From: Octopus bimaculoides
Taxonomy: Eukaryota
Direction of reading: 5' to 3'
Assembly: GCF_001194135.2 (NCBI RefSeq)
Contig: NC_068998.1
Coordinates: 39,303,584 to 39,356,236, forward strand
DNA: 52,653 bases
A program made the position numbers and the translations under genes. A model generated the notes under the pieces. It was not told where the DNA came from, made no database searches, and saw only the letters and a program-made list of their open reading frames with translations. Below, in pieces: positions 46,912-52,653 of the stretch (its first letter is position 1; each line of letters starts with the position of its first letter).

Positions 46912-48140
46912 AAGAGGATATTTCTATTTCATCAAGAAAAAAAATTTCTAAAACTTCCGATTAACAAAGCAAAATTCTTTTGTACATCGTATGGAAGGCC
47001 TATTATTTCAATCATGTAGAACCAAATCAAGGATCATTCAATAAAGATCATGTCCTGAAATAGGTGTTCAATATCCATAAAAACCCATTGCATCACCATT
47101 ACCTAGTGGATTTTGAAGGGGATCTGTTAAACATTATTAAAAATATGAAGTTTAACACCACCCAATGGGAAACAATGAACACATGAAGTTGCACAGCCTA
47201 ATTAAAAAAAAATTAAACAGTAATCTGGGATTCCTGAACACATTGACAAAACTGGTAACTTATATAATCTTGACTTTGACTCTTACAGAGCTCCTTTTAA
47301 ATATGGAATGTTACACATACTATAAATGGACATTTATATCTAATCTGAATAGCATTAATTTGGAGGGTCAAAGACTTGTTAGTAAATTTAAGTTAGAACA
47401 CATCACATAAACCTGATTTTGTGAATAATTCTGTGATTAAACTCATTTGCCTAAGTCACATATAGGATAAGTCAAAAAAACAATTGACTGTATTATGTGT
47501 GTGCTTATAAGTAAAATTGAACTAAACTTGTCAAATTTCAAAGCAATTGAATGGTTTAAGGCCATAGCAAAATAGAAAGCTTGCTAAATTTATACAAATA
47601 GTAACCTATTTATTACTCTTTTTTTACCATTACCCTCCTCGACTAGGCTCTTATTTTTACTATGAAAATTTTACAACCATCTAAGCATACAATATTAGTG
47701 GTTAGAAAAGTGATTATTGAATTCTCACGAATGTCCCAGTATTATCTGGATAATTCAGAGATTGCTCCCCCTCCTAATTAGGCACATACAAAAAGATGAA
47801 GCATAGTCATAAGAAGTTTAACCTTGGGAACAATTGTAACATTCCATACAACTGTGAGGGAACTCCTATAATAAACAACTAAACCAATATAAATTATGAA
47901 AGCAAAATTAAGGGAGTCATGTTCCTTCTTTTGAATTCAAAAGAAAAATATCTGCATTTGTTGACTAAATTCATCTGGGACCTCAAAGCAAGGACTATAG
48001 ACTATTCTCTTTTGTGGAGAGTGGGCAGTTGCTGCAATTTGTGCTCTGTAAAAGCACTGGAAATTCTCAATTGTAAATACAATTTAATGAGTAAGCATGA
48101 TGTGTTATTGAGTCATTGTTCACATATTTAATAAGACCTT
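46912..48140 (+). mobile_element. Decayed, internally deleted Penelope-like retroelement (N-terminal/RT part and GIY-YIG C-terminus)
   Basis: Frameshifted pieces IVWKAYYF...LVDFEGDLLNIIKNMKF, IDKTGNLY, SINLEGQRLVSKFKL, KPDFVNN, IEWFKAI..KFIQ, then TKFIWDLK...YSLLWRV...CNLCSVKALEIL...SHCSH, which resembles the PLE endonuclease tail (WxLK..W..CNLC..CRH). Confidence 0.75.
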
Positions 48141-49715
48141 AAAATTTCCATATAAAAATCCTTCATATATAGGTGCAGGAGTGGCTATGTGGTAAGAAGC
48201 TTGCTTTCCAACCACATGGTTCCAGGTTCAGTCTCACTGCATGGTACCTTGGGCAAGTGTCTTCTACTATAGCCTCGGGTCGACCATAGCCTTGTGAGTG
48301 GATTTGGTAGATGGAATGTGAAAGAAGCCCGTCGAATATATATATATATATATATGTATGTATTTGTGTGTTTGTGTTTGCCCCCTCCCCCCACCATCAC
48401 TTGACAACTGATATTGGTGTGTTTACGTCCCTGTCACTTAACGGTTTGGCAAAAGAGACTGACAGAATAAGTTCTAGGCTTACAAAGAATAAGTCTTGGG
48501 GCCGATTTGTTTGTCTAAAGGCAGTGCTCCAGCATGGCCACAGTCAAATGACTGAAACAAATAAAAGAATATAACATAACTAAGTCTAATTAAGATTAAT
48601 ACCTGTGTTCTCTTATGGATTCTCCTACTCACTGCTTGAATGTTCTCTTATGTAACATATCAAGTACTTATTTCTTAAGTAATTTTTTAACTAATCCTTA
48701 ACTGTTGCAGCTAATTTATTGCAATTTGATTTAACTGTAGTAAACCTAGTATTTTTGGAATGTACTATAGAAATAGGCAATAATTTATAATTTTCATATA
48801 TGTTTATTATATACGCAGTAGAACCCTCATCCATACCCCATTTTTTCAGCATTTAATTACTTTCAAATTTCTTCTCTGTATTAATATAGCTGCACACTAC
48901 CCTTCCACTGCTTATAGCAGTAAATTTCCTTTTTCTGTGTTAACATACTTTAAACATTGTTAACTTACTTTAAAACTTGATGACATTTTGACCCGTCAGG
49001 GGCTGTGACATTGACAAGTTTATATCATTGACAAGTATATATCAAAGAAACTAATTTGATGTCAGTCATTGGCAATCTCTATGAACTGTATTGTCCGAAT
49101 GGAGAATTCTTGATGTTTATAACCCTGATACTATACAACTCTTCCTCCACCTCAGTATTTGCTTTTTGAAAACTCTGAAAATCTACCATAATAACTTTAA
49201 GATCTGATGAGAATAGTTGAGGACAAACTATTTAATTGATTGATTAATAAACTAATAATGCATACAAAGCAATGTATAGCAATGAAACAGTCTCTCTAGC
49301 CATTCAAAACGATTGTAATCTTGAATAAAGTTATGTAATGGCATCTTCATTTTTCAGTCTGATTGCCATTATACTCTGCAATAAGTGTACCAACCAATTA
49401 ATTAGTGAATCTCTTTGAATCTACAGTTTGTATGGATTTAACCTCCATGGATTCTCATCTTCATTAGCCAGGTTTTTTGCATGGAGTGCTGACTGAGGTA
49501 ATCACTTGCATTTCTTCAATTCCAACTTTCTATCACTCTCACACACATTTATTGTCTGTTTTACAAAGGGTTAGGCAGATACAGTTTGAAGCAGCATTTT
49601 GTTGCTGGATGCTTTTCCTGTCAACACTTAGCTGTTTTTCAAGTAAGGGCTTTTTTTTCATTTCACTGTACAAAGCAACTGTGCATTCAAGTATACATAC
49701 ATGTGTATGTCTCTC

Positions 49716-49753
<38 letters not shown>

Positions 49754-51169
49754 GTGTGTGTATTGCACAATGACTTCCATACAGTTACCATCTACCTGTT
49801 CCAATTAGAGGCATTGCTTAGCCCAAGGCTTATAGAAGATACCAGCTCTAGGTGCACACAGTGAGACTGATTCCTAAACTATTTCTTGTAAATGCAGTAA
49901 TTATAGTGTGTGATTACATCTTGTTGGTGTGTGATTGTGATTAAGCCCCAAAAACTGTGAGATAATATGAATATTTCATGTCCATTGTGTAATGATGTAA
50001 GAAGGAATTTGAAGAGATGAGGAGGATTGGACAAAATTTTAGGTATCTTTAATTAGTAGTCATTATGTAATGAAACTTGTTATCAGGCATGGCAGTGTAA
50101 TAAAAAGTTTGCTTCTGAACCGCGTGGTTCCAGGCTCAGTCCTACTGTATGGCACCTTGGACAAGTGTCTTTAGCTATAGCTTTGGGCCAACCAGTCTTG
50201 TGATTAGATTTGAGAGATGAAAAATAAAAGAAGCTCGTATGTATGTAAGTACATTATATATATTGTTTAACGTCTGCTTTCCATAGTGGCATGGGTTGGA
50301 CAATTTGACCAGAGCTAACAAGCTGGGAGATGCACCAGAGTCCAGTCTAATTTGGCATCGTTTCTATGGCTGGATGCCCTTCCTATATATCTATATATAC
50401 GAACATACAAACCTGTGAAAAAGGTGAATCCAGGAAGTCATGGGACAAGGTGGTGAAGTATGGTCTTTCAATGTTGAGTCTCGCAGAGAAGAGGACAAGT
50501 GATTGAGACCTTTGGTGATTTGCTGTGTTTGAGAAAACAAAGCTAAGTGAGATCGTAGTTGTGGTTGGTATTAGGATGGGCATCCAGCTGTAGAAACTAA
50601 GCCAAAACAGACTGGAGCCCAGTCCAGTTCTCCAGCTTACCAGCTCATCATGGGTAAAACGGTTGTCTTACCCATGCTAGCATGGAAAACAGACACTAAA
50701 TGATGACATATATGATGGACTTTTTTCAGTTTCTATCTACCCAATCTACTCACATGGTTTTAGTTGATCCAAAGCGACATTAGGAGACATTTGACTAAGA
50801 TACCATGCAATGAGACTGAACCTGCAACCATGCAGTTGGAAAGCAAACTTTGTAAACACACAGCCATGTCACCCACATGAAATACAATAGCCAACTTAGC
50901 ATTAAACACCCAAACCCTTAACCTTTTTGATGTCAATCTGCCTGAAACTGCCCCTGGTTTTATGATATAAACATCCTGTTTAAGATAATCTAAATTAAAA
51001 CCTTCCATCAAAATATATTCTGACCATCAGGTTAATTATGACGAAGTTATGTTACTAAATACTTTGTATTTCTGTAGATAAAAAGAAAATTAAATGTGAA
51101 GAGATCAAAGAAAAACATTTAAAAATAAAAAGAAGATCTGAAGATTCTCATATCTTATAAACAAGTACG

Positions 51170-52200
51170 TACACTTTTATACCCTTCGGTATATTGCTCA
51201 GGTACTCAATATATCTTTCTTACATACCCTTATACCCATCAGTATATCTTTCATATACCCCTATAACCATCAGTATCTCTGTCGGTGTAATATTTGTCTC
51301 AGTATATTTCTCACACCCTTATGTCTATATACTTATAATATTCTCTCAAGGTACCGCTCACATATCCCTTTACCCATCAGTATATCTTTCACAACTCCTG
51401 TACCCATTGGTACGTCACTCACATATGCCAGTACCCGTCAATAAAATAGTTTTCTCAGTAGACCACTGGTGATGGTGCTGTGTAAAAAGTAGCCAGTACA
51501 CTCTGTAAAGTGATTGGTGTTAGCACATCCAGCCATAGAAATCAAATCAAAACAGACTATGGAACCTGGTGCTGCTCCTGACCTTGCCAGTTCCTGCCAA
51601 GCTGTACATCCCATCCCAGTATGGAAAACTGATGTTAAATGTTGATAGTGATGATGATCTCTCACATACCCCTATATCTATCACTATGATATCTTAGTTT
51701 ATCAATCACATACCCCTGTTGTTGTTGCATTCCCTTGCTTACGACGTCGAGGGTTCCAGTTGATCCGATCAACGGAACAGCTTGCTCATGAAATTAACGT
51801 GCAAGTGGCTAAGCACTCCACAGACATGTGTACCCATAACGTAGTTCTCGGAGATATTCAGCGTGACACAGTGTGACAAGGCTGACCCTTTGAATTACAG
51901 GCACAACAGAAACAGGAAGTAAGAGTGAGAGAAAGTTGTGATGAAAGAGTACAGCAGGGTTTGCCACCATCCCCTGCCGGAGCCCCGTGGAGCTTTAGGT
52001 GTTTTCGCTCAATAAACATTCACAACGCCCGGTCTGGGAATCGAAACTGCGATCCTATGACCGCGAGTCCGCTTGCCCTAACCACTGGGCCATTGCGCCT
52101 CCACTACATACCCCTGTACCCATATGTATAAAACAACTTTTCTCAGTATATCCCTCACATACACTTATACTCATCACTCTTATATCTCTTATATACCCTT
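51170..52200 (+). repeat. Degenerate minisatellite of about 31 bp, interrupted by two retroposon insertions
   Basis: Recurrent CAGTATATCTTTCACATACCCCTATACCCAT variants on both sides of the inserts at about 51475-51660 and 51720-52104. Confidence 0.7.
51720..52104 (-). mobile_element. Full-length family E SINE with 12-bp TSD and (CAA)n tail
   Basis: Highly similar to 12551-12935; TSD ACATACCCCTGT at 51708-51719 and 52106-52117. Confidence 0.92.
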
Positions 52201-52349
52201 AACCCATTTGTATTTAAATTGACCATATCAGGCCCCAAAATTCTACCTGTTTTAAGTTCAAACCATCCAAATCCAGCCTTTCACACTTACCCTAAAATGA
52301 CATTCTAAAAATATACAATCATATCATCAAAACCTTGTACTTATGGGAA

Positions 52350-52653
52350 TCTTCTTCTTCTTGCCTTTAACCCTCCAACGCGGAGTATAGGCCACTTATA
52401 ATTGAATTCAATGTCGCATAATTTCTCGCTTCTGTACTTATACTCTGTCATGAATGTCCCCCTTTCTCTAGTTCCTTTTGTGTTGATCTATGCCACGAGT
52501 TCTTAGGCCTACCCCTCTTTCTATATCCATCCGGATTCCACTGTAAAGCACTTTTCGCTACATTTTGTGTGTCCTTTCTAATTGTGTTACCAATCCACTT
52601 CCACTTTTTCTTAAATATTTGCTCCCTAATCGAAACTTGATTTGTTCTTTGCC
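52350..52653 (-). mobile_element. Second RTE lineage 3' end with (AAG)n tail, continues beyond the window
   Basis: QRTNQ...KKKWKWIGNTIRK...ALQWNPDGYRKRGRPKNSW on the minus strand. Confidence 0.85.

Noticed and set aside
48970-49180. Minus-strand acceptor/donor pair suggesting an exon of another gene
   Set aside because: Stops occur in all three frames between the sites.

Overview
AT-rich, microsatellite- and transposon-dense animal genomic DNA from a draft scaffold with three N gaps (7141-7997, 15455-16428, 45691-46613). The repeat families, the tandem YHCEICGKSF-type zinc-finger gene and a spliceosomal multi-exon gene point to an octopus (coleoid cephalopod); this is inference, not a database match. 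Supported genes: the last coding exon of an ABCB7/Atm1-like mitochondrial ABC transporter (2415-2666 +); an intact single-exon hAT-transposase-derived gene (about 691 aa, 21191-23266 -); tRNA-Asp(GTC) (26190-26261 -); a complete 7-exon MRPL21 that I reconstructed by hand (26504-37224 +, 217 aa, head-to-head with the tRNA); and a 15-finger C2H2 gene (41805-43232 +). The rest is layered mobile DNA: several tRNA-derived SINE families, RTE and CR1/Jockey-type LINE fragments, a decayed Penelope-like element, a Gypsy gag-pro-RT relic, and MITEs of Charlie/hAT, piggyBac, Tigger, mariner and probable Merlin type. Best leads: (1) the hAT gene looks domesticated (intact ORF, DDE acids kept, TRW motif lost, no TIRs seen, host-like splice and polyA signals); (2) a minimal type I hammerhead ribozyme fold at 6427-6475 (-) enclosed by a 40/41-identical inverted repeat; (3) a three-layer transposon nest at 38.5-40.6 kb in which a GG-ended MITE with a perfect 8-bp TSD splits a retroviral-type protease motif. 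No prokaryotic system or CRISPR array is present.
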